Shown piece by piece: positions 1-9,932 of a stretch of 64,000 nucleotides of DNA. Positions within the stretch are counted from its first letter, which is position 1, and the number at the start of each line of letters is the position of its first letter. The stretch is from positions 1,696,001 to 1,760,000 of the forward strand of contig OY762897.2 of NCBI GenBank assembly GCA_963666515.2. The letters run 5' to 3'. Position numbers and translations under genes: made by a program. The DNA is from Candidatus Binatia bacterium (GTDB lineage Bacteria; Desulfobacterota; Binatia; UBA9968; JAJDTQ01). Below the pieces are notes generated by a model, which had not been told where the DNA came from, did not search any database, and saw nothing but the letters and a program-made list of their open reading frames with translations.

Positions 1-612
1 CTGATTCCGACCTTCGCCATCATCCCGGTGCACGGTATGGTGCAGATATTCAGCAACCTCACCCGCACACTGTTCGGGCTGCGGCACATGGTGTGGTCGC
101 TATTCGCGCCCTTTGTGGTGGGCGCCGTGCTGGGCGCTACTCTGGGCTCGATGCTGCTGGTGGACATTGACTCTGACTACCTGCCGTTGATCATCGGCTG
201 TTTCATCCTTCTCATCACCTGGGCCCCGACGATCCGAAGCGTTCCGCAGATACCCGGAAAGTTCGGCATCATCGGCGCGGTGCAGACTTTTCTCTCGCTG
301 TTCGTCGGCGTCGTGGGCCCACTGAACATGCCCTTCCTGATCCGCGAGGGGCTGTCACGGGACCGGCTGGTGATCACGCACTCAACCCAGATGACCGCGG
401 TGCACATCATCAAGGTGTCCACTTTCTTCTTGCTGGGATTCGCCTTTGCGCCGTACCTTTACCTGATGGCGGGCATGATCCTGAGTGCCACCCTGGGCTC
501 CTGGGTAGGGACCCGCTGCCGCTCCCGGATACCGGAGGAACTGTTCCGTAAGGTCCTCAAATGGGTCGTCACGCTGCTGGCGCTGCGGATGATCCTGGGG
601 GTGGGGCTGTAG
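1..612 (+). CDS. Sulfite exporter TauE/SafE family membrane protein (5' partial)
   Basis: Frame is open from base 1; multi-TM hydrophobic protein with IPVHG, GVVGPL and GSWVG patterns typical of TauE/SafE. Confidence 0.8.
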   Translation: MIPTFAIIPVHGMVQIFSNLTRTLFGLRHMVWSLFAPFVVGAVLGATLGSMLLVDIDSDYLPLIIGCFILLITWAPTIRSVPQIPGKFGIIGAVQTFLSLFVGVVGPLNMPFLIREGLSRDRLVITHSTQMTAVHIIKVSTFFLLGFAFAPYLYLMAGMILSATLGSWVGTRCRSRIPEELFRKVLKWVVTLLALRMILGVGL

Positions 613-739
613 CGTAGCTCGCATGCAAAGCGGCGATTTGCTTGCGGTTGGTTACTGGGGCATAGTGAAATCCAGGACATTCCTCAAGGAGTTGCTGGCC
701 AGTTGTGCTCTCACCGGGACGCATGGAACGTAACTGTTC

Positions 740-2134
740 GTGATCATGAAAAAGGCACGCATCAAGGACCTGCTCGACGGCGGCGTGGCGGACGCGGAAG
801 TGACCGTGGAGGGATGGCTGCGGACCGTGCGCCACAGCAAGAACGTCTCGTTCCTCGACATCTCGGACGGCTCGTGCATGACCGGCATCCAGGCGGTGGC
901 CGCGCCGGAGCTGGACAACTACGAATCCGAGATCGGGAAGCTCACCACCGGCTGCTGCGTGCGCGTGGCCGGCCGTCTGGTGGAATCGCCGGGCAAGGGA
1001 CAGCGCTACGAGATCCAAGCGTCACGCGTCGACGTGGTGGGCTACGCCGACGAGGACTATCCGCTCCAGAAGAAGCGCCACAGCTTCGAGTTCCTGCGCA
1101 CCCTGGGGCACCTGCGCATGCGCACCAACACCTTCGGCGCGGTCATGCGGGTGCGGAACGCCGCCGCCCAAGCCATCCACCGGGCCTTCCAGGAGCGCGG
1201 GTTCATCCACCTCCACGCCCCCATCATCACGCTGTCCGACTGCGAGGGCGCCGGCGAGATGTTCCGGGTCTCGGCGCTGGATCCGGACAAGGCGCCGCGC
1301 ACCGAGTCCGGGAGCGTGGACTACTCCCAGGACTTCTTCGGCAAGGAGGCGCGGCTCACGGTGTCCGGCCAGCTCGAGGCCGAGATCGCCGCCCTGGCGC
1401 TCACCAACGTCTACACCTTCGGTCCCACGTTCCGTTCGGAAAACTCCAACACGAGCCGCCATCTGGCGGAGTTCTGGATGGTGGAGCCGGAGATGGCCTT
1501 CTGCGACATCCAGGGCAACATGGACCTCGCCGAGGCGTTCCTGAAGGACGTCACCAAAGACGTGCTGGAAAGCCTGCCGGAGGACATGGACTTCTTCAAC
1601 CAGCGCATCGACGACACGGTGCTGGAGACCCTTGGCAACATCGTCGAGCAGCCCTTCGAGCGCATGACCTATACCGAGGCGGTGGACATACTCCAGCAGT
1701 CCGGCCACAGCTTCGAGTATCCCGTGTCGTGGGGCGTCAACCTGCAGAGCGAGCACGAACGCTACATCGTGGAAGAGCACGTGGGGCGGCCGGTGATGGT
1801 CATCGACTATCCCAAGGAGATCAAGGCGTTCTACATGTACCTCAACGACGACGAGCGCACCGTGGCGGCCATGGACGTGCTGGTGCCCAAGATCGGCGAG
1901 ATCATCGGCGGCTCGCAACGGGAGCACCGCCTGACGCAGCTCCGTCAGCGCATCCAGGAATGCGGCCTGCCGGAAAAGGAATACTGGTGGTACCTGGAGC
2001 TGCGGCGCTACGGCACCGCGCCCCACGCCGGCTTCGGCCTGGGCTTCGAGCGCCTGGTCCAGTTCATGACCGGCCTCGGGAACATCCGCGACGTCATCCC
2101 CTTCCCCCGGGTTCCCGGCTTCGCAGAATTTTGA
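740..2134 (+). CDS. asnS: Asparagine--tRNA ligase
   Basis: OB-fold [17 protein letters not shown], motif 2 [24 protein letters not shown], motif 3 [11 protein letters not shown]; start GTG 740 or ATG 746. Confidence 0.97.
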   Translation: MIMKKARIKDLLDGGVADAEVTVEGWLRTVRHSKNVSFLDISDGSCMTGIQAVAAPELDNYESEIGKLTTGCCVRVAGRLVESPGKGQRYEIQASRVDVVGYADEDYPLQKKRHSFEFLRTLGHLRMRTNTFGAVMRVRNAAAQAIHRAFQERGFIHLHAPIITLSDCEGAGEMFRVSALDPDKAPRTESGSVDYSQDFFGKEARLTVSGQLEAEIAALALTNVYTFGPTFRSENSNTSRHLAEFWMVEPEMAFCDIQGNMDLAEAFLKDVTKDVLESLPEDMDFFNQRIDDTVLETLGNIVEQPFERMTYTEAVDILQQSGHSFEYPVSWGVNLQSEHERYIVEEHVGRPVMVIDYPKEIKAFYMYLNDDERTVAAMDVLVPKIGEIIGGSQREHRLTQLRQRIQECGLPEKEYWWYLELRRYGTAPHAGFGLGFERLVQFMTGLGNIRDVIPFPRVPGFAEF

Positions 2135-2163
2135 GCGGTAAAGACGCCGACGTAACGGGAGGA

Positions 2164-2191
2164 CGTCATTCCGGCGCAAGCCGGAATCCAG
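2164..2191. repeat. REP-like palindrome, family A (CGTCATTCCGGC-N4-GCCGGAATCCAG)
   Basis: Hairpin after asnS stop; near-identical copies at 36523-36550, 36596-36623 and 58469-58496. Confidence 0.85.
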
Positions 2192-2303
2192 GCTGGGCGG
2201 CGCTGGAGGCGACCACGCCGTCCACCGACAAGTTTGCGGCCCTCACCGCCCCTTGATATGTTCCCAGCGTTCCAACCCGAACCCCCAACCCGGAGGCGCC
2301 CGG

Positions 2304-3440
2304 ATGATCGAAGCACCGTTCCCCCAGGAAGAGTACGAATCAAGGCATCAGCAACTCCAGCGGCTTATGGAGCGGGACGAACTGGACCTCGTCGTGGCCT
2401 CGGGCCGCGACAATTTCTGGTACTTCACCGGACTCGTCAGCTACCAGTTCGACCACCTGATGCGCCCGGAGATCTGCTTCATCCCCAGGGAGGGCAAGCC
2501 CTTCGCGCTGGTGTACGGCAACAACAAGACCAAGGCCGAGGCGCTGCCCTGGTTCGGCGAAGTGCGGAGCTACGTGGACGTGCCCTTCCCGCGCGAGATG
2601 CTGAGCGAAATTCTCAACGACATGGGCTACGGCGCCGCCAAGCTGGGCTTCGAGCTCGACGACGACCAGCGGCTGGGCTTCCCCGTCAACTATCTCACCC
2701 AGCTCACCGAGGCGCTGCCCAAGGCCAAGATCGAGGACGGCTCCGCGGCTCTCACCGACCAGCGGCTCTACAAGAGCGCGCGGGAGATGGAGAACATGCG
2801 CAAGGCCTGCGACATCTCCCAGCGGTCCTACGACCGCATGTTGCCGGACTTGAAGGCCGGGGTCACCCGCCGGGAGGTGGCCGAACGCCTCTACATCGCC
2901 ATGATCGAGGAAGGCGCCCATCCGCGCCATCCCGGCTTTCTCATGCTCAACGCCTCCACCAAGTACGACGAACGGCGCTACGAGAAGGGCGACCGCATGA
3001 TCGCCGACTTCGGCGCCTGCTACGAGGGCTACTACGGCGACATCACCCGCCAGGCGGTCTTCGGCGCGCCTAGCGCGGACCAGACCAAGGAGCACGGGCT
3101 GGCGCTGCACCTGATCCAGGAATGCAAGAAGGTAATGAAGCCGGGGAACCCTATCGCCGAGATTCCGCGAGTGGCCAACGCCGAGTTGAAGCGGAACGGC
3201 TACCCCGAGGTAGAGAGCCCCAAGCGCATTGGACACGGCATCGGCATGGCCCGGGCCGAACCCCCGTCCATCAGCGAAGCCGAGGTACGGAACGTGGAGG
3301 TGGGGATGGTGCTGGCCATCGAGCCCAAGGTGCGCATCCCCGGGGCCTCCATCCACCTGGAAGAGGACGTGTTCATCACGGAGGACGGGGCCGAGCCGCT
3401 GACCGCCGGAGCCGAGGTGCTCCACGTCATCGAACGATGA
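2304..3440 (+). CDS. M24 family metallopeptidase (Xaa-Pro peptidase/creatinase fold)
   Basis: Creatinase-N region; metal ligands DFG..YYGDITR, IGHGIG, AIEP, LEED; GGAGG RBS before ATG 2304. Confidence 0.9.
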   Translation: MIEAPFPQEEYESRHQQLQRLMERDELDLVVASGRDNFWYFTGLVSYQFDHLMRPEICFIPREGKPFALVYGNNKTKAEALPWFGEVRSYVDVPFPREMLSEILNDMGYGAAKLGFELDDDQRLGFPVNYLTQLTEALPKAKIEDGSAALTDQRLYKSAREMENMRKACDISQRSYDRMLPDLKAGVTRREVAERLYIAMIEEGAHPRHPGFLMLNASTKYDERRYEKGDRMIADFGACYEGYYGDITRQAVFGAPSADQTKEHGLALHLIQECKKVMKPGNPIAEIPRVANAELKRNGYPEVESPKRIGHGIGMARAEPPSISEAEVRNVEVGMVLAIEPKVRIPGASIHLEEDVFITEDGAEPLTAGAEVLHVIER

Positions 3441-3490
3441 AGCGGCCGGGCCGCAGAGCCCGACCCAAGAGGCGATAGCCGGGAAACGCC

Positions 3491-4477
3491 ATGGCCAACG
3501 GAATCCTTTATCTGTCCAACAGCGACGTGAAGCGCCTCCTCGACTTGGGCGAGGCCATCGACATCGTCAAGTCCGCGCTCCAGGACCACAGCGCCGGGCG
3601 CGTGGGCTGGTCCGTACCGGAGGATCTGGCCGTCAAGCCCGAGCAAGGCTGGCAGTACTGGGTCACCGGCTGCTCGCTGGACGCCGCGGCCGGTTTCCGC
3701 TTCCGCGCCATCAAGGCCGCGGGCGGGAGCCGGGACCCATCGCGGCCGCCCCAGGGCCCCCGGCGTATCCTCATCCTCAGCGATCGCCAAGGCGGCGAGG
3801 TCACCGCCATCATGGACGAGGACTGGTGCCATTCCGTCAGGACCGGCGCTGCCGCCACCGTTGCCTGCCAGAGCCTCTCGCGCCAGGGCGCGTCGGTGAT
3901 GGCCATGCTTGGCGTCGGCGACACCGCCAGCGCTACCGTACCGGTAATGGCACGGGCCTTCGACCTCAAGGAGGTGCGGGTGCTGTCCCGCCGCCCGGAG
4001 ACCCGGGAAGCCTTCGCCAGGGAAGTCGGCGAGGAGCTGGACCTGAACATCATCCCCTGCGACACCGCCCCGCAGGCGCTGGACGGCGCGGACCTGGTGG
4101 TCTCGGCCACCACCACCTCCGAGCCCTTCGTCAAGCAGGAATGGATCAGCCCCGGGGCCTTCGTCTACTCCATCGGCAAGCACCAGGAACTCGAAGACGC
4201 CGCCTACAAGGGCATGGGCAAGTTCGTGGTGGACAGTTGGGCCCAGTGCAAGAAGAAATCCGACATCGACCGGATGCTGCGTGAAGGCTTTCTCACCGCC
4301 GACGACGTCTACGCCGAGATCCCGGACGTCCTGTCGGACAAGGTGCCCGGCCGCGAAGACGACCAGGAGCGGATCTTCATGCGCGCCATCGGCCTGGTGA
4401 ACCAGGACATCTCGCTGGCCGCGTGGCTCTACCGCAAGGCGCTGGAGGAAGGCGTGGGCACCCGGCTGCCGTACTGA
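3491..4477 (+). CDS. Ornithine cyclodeaminase/mu-crystallin family protein
   Basis: VRTGAAA motif, ADLVVSAT, SIG..QELE, C-terminal G..QD. Confidence 0.85.
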   Translation: MANGILYLSNSDVKRLLDLGEAIDIVKSALQDHSAGRVGWSVPEDLAVKPEQGWQYWVTGCSLDAAAGFRFRAIKAAGGSRDPSRPPQGPRRILILSDRQGGEVTAIMDEDWCHSVRTGAAATVACQSLSRQGASVMAMLGVGDTASATVPVMARAFDLKEVRVLSRRPETREAFAREVGEELDLNIIPCDTAPQALDGADLVVSATTTSEPFVKQEWISPGAFVYSIGKHQELEDAAYKGMGKFVVDSWAQCKKKSDIDRMLREGFLTADDVYAEIPDVLSDKVPGREDDQERIFMRAIGLVNQDISLAAWLYRKALEEGVGTRLPY

Positions 4478-4480
4478 ACC

Positions 4481-5176
4481 ATGGACATCTTCCTTCTCAT
4501 GGGTCAGTCCAACATGGCGGGCCGCGGGCTCCTGGAAGACGTGGAACCCATCCGCGACGAGCGCATCCGCGTGTTCCAGGACGGCCGCTGGGCCGTGGCC
4601 GAAGAGCCCCTCCATCATGACCGGCCCACCGCCGGCATCGGCCTCGCCATGAGCTTCGCCCGCGCGGTGCTCGACGCCAACCCAGGCACGGACATCGGCC
4701 TTGTGCCACGGGCGGTGGGCTCGACCCCGCTCGCGCGCTGGATGCCCGGCGCCGACCTCTACGAAGGCGCCATGAACGCCGCCGGCGAAGCCGCCCGCGA
4801 CGGCACCATCAGGGCCGTCCTGTGGCACCAGGGAGAGCACGACTCCAAGTCCGAGGCGGACGCCTCCAGCTATTCCCGCCGGTTCGTCGCCATGGCGACG
4901 ACCCTGAGAAAACGACTCGGTACTCCTTCGCTGCCGGTCATCCTGGGAGAGTTGGGGAGCTATCTTTCCGAAAGGCCCGATTTTCCCCACTACCGCACGG
5001 TCAACGCCGAGCAGCGGAAGACCCCCGACACCCTCCCTCACTCTGCCTTCGTCAGCGCCGAGGGCTTGACCGACAAAGGTGACAGCCTGCACTACGACGC
5101 CCGCTCGTTGCGAGTCTTCGGCGAGCGGTACGCCACTGCCTACCTGAACCTGCAAGACAATTTACGAAACCCGTAA
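4481..5176 (+). CDS. Sialate O-acetylesterase (SASA/CE6-like SGNH hydrolase)
   Basis: LMGQSNMAG, LWHQGE, DSLH motifs. Confidence 0.9.
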   Translation: MDIFLLMGQSNMAGRGLLEDVEPIRDERIRVFQDGRWAVAEEPLHHDRPTAGIGLAMSFARAVLDANPGTDIGLVPRAVGSTPLARWMPGADLYEGAMNAAGEAARDGTIRAVLWHQGEHDSKSEADASSYSRRFVAMATTLRKRLGTPSLPVILGELGSYLSERPDFPHYRTVNAEQRKTPDTLPHSAFVSAEGLTDKGDSLHYDARSLRVFGERYATAYLNLQDNLRNP

Positions 5177-5464
5177 TCCCTTGAGCCGTGCGGCGACGTC
5201 CGCTAGGCTCACGAGATCGGGCCTGACCTCCCGAAGCTTCGTCCCGTCAGGAAGGCCCGTCATGACCTGCTTCACCGTCGCGGAGATCACGACCTCTGGA
5301 TCCCGTCCGACACGCGTAAACCCCAATCCTACAAGCCCCGACACGCCGAAACCAACAGCCGCGTCATCGCACCCAGCCTCGTAGAGGGCATCGAGAATGG
5401 CCTCGTCGTCCGCCTCTCCCGGTAACGCATACACCAAGTCGAACTCGAACTCCGTCTCAATCAT
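5162..5464 (-). pseudogene. Truncated HicB-like/DNA-binding antitoxin
   Basis: FEFDL..LYEAGCDDA..PDLVSLADVAARL then ends at the start of the expected HTH, overlapping the esterase 3' end. Confidence 0.55.
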
Positions 5465-5590
5465 GAGCGCTGTCCTCCTTCATCACGCGGCCATCGGCTT
5501 TCCTGAGCAGCTCGCGCGCGTGAGCCCCGGATTGCGCGGCGTACTCCAGACCGACACTCGACAGAACACCCCGGAACGGTAAGCATCCCC
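5461..5590 (-). pseudogene. Remnant of cognate small toxin (HicA-like), frameshifted and 5'-deleted
   Basis: Minus strand reads GVFCRVSVWSTPRNPG and, one base out of frame, HARELLRKADG; sits directly upstream of the antitoxin. Confidence 0.45.
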
Positions 5591-5604
5591 TGCATTCGCG
5601 ATAA

Positions 5605-6549
5605 TCATACCATCTGGTCTGGTTCACGACTTCCGCCCCTCCTCCCCGACGCCATCCGGTTCAAGGTAAGTACCAACAGGAGTCCCAGGACACACAAACC
5701 TACTGCCAGCCAGAAGGCGCCGTCCACTGCTGGCAGCATGTTGATTTCTCGAAGGGCCGGCCCGTCGCCATGGCCCGGCGCCGCTGCCTTGAACGGCCAG
5801 ATTTTCCTCAACGACCCGGCCATGAAGCCGATGAGCAGGGCGATGGTGATCTGGCGGTGCCGTCGGAGCAGCCAACTCAGGACGCGCACGAACGGCAGGA
5901 TGCCGCACACGGCGCCTGCGGCCAGGGGCAGGAGGGCGAGGAAGTCCCGGTCGCGGACGGCGTCGATGGCGAACTCGTACTGGCCCAGGATCAGGAGGAT
6001 GAAGGAGCCGGAGATGCCGGGGAGGATCATCGCGGTGATCGCGACGGCGCCGCTCAGGAAGAGCGTCACGGCGTCGTGGGGCATGGCCATGGGGAGCAGG
6101 CCCACCAGCCAGTATACGGCTCCGGCACCCGACAGAACGCTCAATACCACGGTCGCGGACCGGCGTAACCTCGCACCTACGGTGACGATGCTCCCCAGGA
6201 CCAGTCCGAGGAAGAAGGCGAACAGCGGGACCGGCCGGTGGTCCAGCAGCCAGCCGATGGGGCCGGCCAGGACCAGGATGGCGGCGACGATGCCGGCGCC
6301 GAGCACGACCAGAAAGCGCCAGGGAATGGCGGCCACGGCATCGCGGAAGCGCAGGCGCAACAGCAGCACCAGCAGCCGCCAATTGAAGGACTTGAGGGCG
6401 TCCACGAGATCCTCGTAGATGCCCATGATGAAGGCCATGGTGCCGCCCGAGACGCCGGGCACGACGTCGGCGGCGCCCATGGTCAGGCCGGAGAGGGCGA
6501 CGTAAAGATAGTGCTTCAGCCCGCGGGCCGGGCGGCTGGTGGCGGCCAC
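5605..6549 (-). CDS. DUF368 membrane protein (undecaprenyl-phosphate transporter family)
   Basis: Signature MGAADVVPGVSGGT and AMILPGISGS repeats. Confidence 0.9.
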   Translation of the reverse strand: MAATSRPARGLKHYLYVALSGLTMGAADVVPGVSGGTMAFIMGIYEDLVDALKSFNWRLLVLLLRLRFRDAVAAIPWRFLVVLGAGIVAAILVLAGPIGWLLDHRPVPLFAFFLGLVLGSIVTVGARLRRSATVVLSVLSGAGAVYWLVGLLPMAMPHDAVTLFLSGAVAITAMILPGISGSFILLILGQYEFAIDAVRDRDFLALLPLAAGAVCGILPFVRVLSWLLRRHRQITIALLIGFMAGSLRKIWPFKAAAPGHGDGPALREINMLPAVDGAFWLAVGLCVLGLLLVLTLNRMASGRRGGSREPDQMV

Positions 6550-6556
6550 GCTGGCG

Positions 6557-7522
6557 CTACAACCCCAGCACCGCCTGCTTCTCGTTCCACGCGGCCATCA
6601 ACTCGTCCTTCTCCTCCCCCATGTGGTTGATGGCCTGGGCGACGATGTCCACGCCCACGAGTTCGGACCAGCCTTTCAGCAACCGCACCGTCACGGGGCC
6701 CGGTGCTTCGTACGGGAAGCCGACGCCGTTGATGCTCTTGATGGGCACGATGGTGGGGCTGGTGCTGGTGAGGAAGGCCTCGTCCGCGTTGAGGCAGTCG
6801 TAGGGCGTCAGGTCGGCCTCCTCCACCTCCAGGTCCAGCGGTCCCGCCAACTCTCCGAGCACCGCACGCGTGATGCCGCCCAACACGTTCTTGGAGCCCG
6901 GCGTGTAGACCTTCCCGTCGATGACGGCGAAGAAGTTGTGGGCGTTGCTCTCGGCGATGTTGCCGTCGAGGTCCAGCATGAGCGGGATCGCCTTGGGGTC
7001 CGCCTGCCGGGCCTCGAAGGTGGCGATGATGTGGTTCATCTTGTTGGTGATCTTGGCCTTGGACTCCAGGCACTGCGGCGGGATGCGCCGGGTAGCCGGC
7101 ACGATGATGGGGACGCCTTCGACGTAGTGGCGGCAGAAGCCCGTGAAGTCCACGTCCATGCAGTAGATGGCCACGGTGGCGTTGGTGTTGGCGCGGGGTC
7201 CCGACGAGGAGCGCGCGCCCCGGCTCACCACCTGCCAGATGGAATAGTCGTCGTCGGGACCCAGGAGGTCCCGGTTGCGCTCCAGCACTTCCAGACACGC
7301 CGCTTCCATCTCGTCCTGCGACATGCCGCAGTCGATGCGGGTGTACTTGAGCGACCTGAACAGCCGGTCGTTGTGCTCCTTCAACTTGAACGGCTTGTGC
7401 CGGAAGGTGCGGGTCACGTCGTAGACGCCGTCGCCGGCGTGGAAGCCCATGTCCAGAACCGACACCTTGGCCTCGCTCTCGGGTACGAAGCTCCCGTTCA
7501 GATAGACGATCTTCTCATGCAT
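6557..7522 (-). CDS. Class IV PLP aminotransferase (IlvE/Dat-like)
   Basis: VYLNGSFV, GDGVYDVTR, AESNAHNFF, LGGITR, ADEAFLTST. Confidence 0.9.
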   Translation of the reverse strand: MHEKIVYLNGSFVPESEAKVSVLDMGFHAGDGVYDVTRTFRHKPFKLKEHNDRLFRSLKYTRIDCGMSQDEMEAACLEVLERNRDLLGPDDDYSIWQVVSRGARSSSGPRANTNATVAIYCMDVDFTGFCRHYVEGVPIIVPATRRIPPQCLESKAKITNKMNHIIATFEARQADPKAIPLMLDLDGNIAESNAHNFFAVIDGKVYTPGSKNVLGGITRAVLGELAGPLDLEVEEADLTPYDCLNADEAFLTSTSPTIVPIKSINGVGFPYEAPGPVTVRLLKGWSELVGVDIVAQAINHMGEEKDELMAAWNEKQAVLGL

Positions 7523-7634
7523 GTCAGCGCCTCCATACTGTTGTCACGGGGAATGACGGCAATCTACTATGAAACGGCCTCACGGTCCATTTGTCCAGGA
7601 ATAGATGGGCGGACGCCTTTTTCGTTCGCGTTGA

Positions 7635-7659
7635 TTGACATGGGGGTTCCTCGTGTCAA
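7635..7659. promoter_or_regulatory. TTGACA-N13-TGTCAA palindrome in divergent aminotransferase/msrP intergenic region
   Basis: Perfect 6-bp inverted repeat containing a -35 consensus on each strand. Confidence 0.4.
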
Positions 7660-7719
7660 GAGTGTAGTGTAGGGGAAACGCATACCGATCACGTCTCGTA
7701 GAAGGAAAGGAAGCCGCCC

Positions 7720-8679
7720 ATGCTGATCAGGAAGCCCGACGACATCAAGAGCAGCGAGATCACCGACAGGAAGCTCTACCTCAACCGCCGCCAGTTCATT
7801 CGCACCGCCTCGCTGGGAGCCGCCGGCATCGGCTCCGGCCTGCTGGTTCCGGCCATGTTCGGCGACGTGGACGAGGTCCACGCGGCCAGGAAGCTCGAGG
7901 GCTTCACCACGGGCAAGTTCTCCACGGACGAGCCCAAGACCCCGCTCAAGGACATCACCAGCTACAACAACTTCTACGAGTTCGGCACCGACAAGGGGGA
8001 CCCGAAACGGTACGCCGGGAACCTCAAGACCCGGCCGTGGACCGTCGAGGTGGACGGCGAGGTGCACAAGCCCAGGACCTTCGACATCGAGGAACTGCTC
8101 AAGATGCCGCTGGAGGAACGGGTCTACCGGCTGCGCTGCGTGGAGGCGTGGTCCATGGTGATCCCCTGGATCGGCTTCGAGCTGAAGCACCTGATCAAGG
8201 TGGTGGAGCCCACCAACAATGCCAAGTACATCCAGTTCGTCACGCTGTACGATACCGAGCAGATGCCCGGTGTGCGCCGCGACATTCTGGACTGGCCTTA
8301 CAAGGAAGGCCTGCGCATGGACGAGGCCATGAACCCGCTGACGATCATGGGGGTGGGACTCTACGGCGAGGTGATGCCCAACCAGAACGGCGCGCCCATC
8401 CGCCTGGTGGTGCCGTGGAAGTACGGCTTCAAGAGCGCCAAGTCCATCGTGAAGATCCGTTTCGTGGAGAAGGAGCCGCTCACGGCGTGGAACGTCGCGG
8501 CGCCGAACGAGTACGGCTTCTACTCCAACGTGAACCCCACGGTGAACCATCCCCGCTGGAGCCAGGCGAGCGAGCGGCGCATCGGCGATTTCTTCAGGCG
8601 CAAGACGCTCATGTTCAACGGCTACGAGGAGCAGGTGGCCCATCTGTACAAGGGGATGGACCTGAAGAAGCTGTACTGA
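7720..8679 (+). CDS. msrP: Protein-methionine-sulfoxide reductase catalytic subunit
   Basis: Tat motif [45 protein letters not shown]. Confidence 0.97.
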   Translation: MLIRKPDDIKSSEITDRKLYLNRRQFIRTASLGAAGIGSGLLVPAMFGDVDEVHAARKLEGFTTGKFSTDEPKTPLKDITSYNNFYEFGTDKGDPKRYAGNLKTRPWTVEVDGEVHKPRTFDIEELLKMPLEERVYRLRCVEAWSMVIPWIGFELKHLIKVVEPTNNAKYIQFVTLYDTEQMPGVRRDILDWPYKEGLRMDEAMNPLTIMGVGLYGEVMPNQNGAPIRLVVPWKYGFKSAKSIVKIRFVEKEPLTAWNVAAPNEYGFYSNVNPTVNHPRWSQASERRIGDFFRRKTLMFNGYEEQVAHLYKGMDLKKLY

Positions 8680-8680
8680 A

Positions 8681-9301
8681 GTGGCTGCGATCAAACCGTT
8701 TACCTGGATCAAGGTAATCGTCTTCGCGCTGGCCCTGGTCCCGGCCGCGCGTCTCGTGGTGGGCCTGTTCACGGGCGGGTTGGGCGCCAACCCCGTGGAG
8801 TCCATCACCCACACCACCGGCACCTTCGCGCTGGTGTTCCTGATGATAACGCTGGCGGTGACGCCGTTGCGAAGGATCACGGGCTACGCCGGCCTCATCC
8901 GGTTGCGCCGCATGTTGGGGCTGTTCGCGTTCTTCTACACCGTCCTGCACCTCTCCACCTTCGTGGTGCTGGACCATTTCTTTGACGCGGCCGCCATCGT
9001 GCAGGACATCCTCAAGCGGCCGTACATCACCGCGGGATCGGTGGGGTTCGCGCTGATGGTGCCGCTGGCCGCCACCTCCACCGCCGGCATGATCCGCAGG
9101 CTGGGCGGGCGCCGCTGGCAGCAGCTCCACCGCCTCGTCTACTTCTCCGCCATCGCCGGGGTGGTCCACTTCCTCTGGCTCGTGAAGGCCGACCTGCGGG
9201 AGCCCCTCATCTTCGCCGGCGTGCTGGCCGTGCTGCTGGGCTACCGCATCGCGGTGTGGCGCAACGCGCCGTGGTCGAAGAAACGCCCGTCCCGAACCTG
9301 A
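8681..9301 (+). CDS. msrQ: Methionine sulfoxide reductase heme-binding membrane subunit
   Basis: LGANPVE, RRMLGLFAFFY..LH, W..LHRLVY; directly after msrP. Confidence 0.95.
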   Translation: MAAIKPFTWIKVIVFALALVPAARLVVGLFTGGLGANPVESITHTTGTFALVFLMITLAVTPLRRITGYAGLIRLRRMLGLFAFFYTVLHLSTFVVLDHFFDAAAIVQDILKRPYITAGSVGFALMVPLAATSTAGMIRRLGGRRWQQLHRLVYFSAIAGVVHFLWLVKADLREPLIFAGVLAVLLGYRIAVWRNAPWSKKRPSRT

Positions 9302-9302
9302 T

Positions 9303-9332
9303 TTGACAGGGCGGCGGACGCCCCGCTATAAA
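9303..9332 (+). promoter_or_regulatory. Putative sigma70 promoter of the Mo-hydroxylase operon
   Basis: TTGACA (9303-9308) N18 TATAAA (9327-9332). Confidence 0.55.
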
Positions 9333-9458
9333 CTCCGTTTTGCGTGTCTTTGACGGCGCGGCCGGCCCTTCGGCCGCGCCTTCGATTATGGACGGCGATC
9401 CGCATCCCGGAACGCGCCGGGGACACGATCCGAACACGGCAGGAGCGACGATCACGCC

Positions 9459-9932
9459 ATGAAACAAACGGTTCGGGTGACCGTCAATGGACGGTTGTAC
9501 GAGGAGGAAGTGGAGCCGCGCCAGCTCCTCTCCTATTTCCTGCGGGAGACCATCGGCCTCACCGGCACGCACATCGGCTGCATCATCGGCGAGTGCGGCG
9601 CCTGCACGGTGCAGGTGAACGGCACGCTGGTGAAGTCGTGCCTGATGTTCGCGGTGCAGGCCAACGGCAAGGAAATCACCACCATCGAGGGGCTCGCGGA
9701 AGGCGACGCGCTGCACCCGGTGCAGGAGGCCTTCATCAACAACTACGGCTTCCAGTGCGGCTACTGCACGCCGGGCATGATCATGGCCGCCGACTCCCTG
9801 TTGAAGAAGAACCCGGACCCCAGCGAAGAGGATATCCGCGAGGGTCTGGCGGGGAACCTGTGCATGTGCACGGGGTATGTGCAGATCGTGGCGGCGGTGA
9901 AGGAAGCCGCGGGACAGTTCAACGATGGCTAA
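9459..9932 (+). CDS. Xanthine dehydrogenase family 2Fe-2S subunit (CoxS-like)
   Basis: GCIIGECGACT, QCGYCTPG, GNLCMCTGY. Confidence 0.95.
   Translation: MKQTVRVTVNGRLYEEEVEPRQLLSYFLRETIGLTGTHIGCIIGECGACTVQVNGTLVKSCLMFAVQANGKEITTIEGLAEGDALHPVQEAFINNYGFQCGYCTPGMIMAADSLLKKNPDPSEEDIREGLAGNLCMCTGYVQIVAAVKEAAGQFNDG

Noticed and set aside
3200-5155. Long antisense and alternate-frame ORFs (also 703..2256, 9919..12378, 24861..27002, 58498..60357)
   Set aside because: Shadows of real genes caused by high-GC codon bias; Arg/Gly/Pro-rich with no motifs
7720-8679. Selenocysteine in MsrP
   Set aside because: The Mo-ligand codon is TGC (LRCVEAWS) and the ORF is uninterrupted
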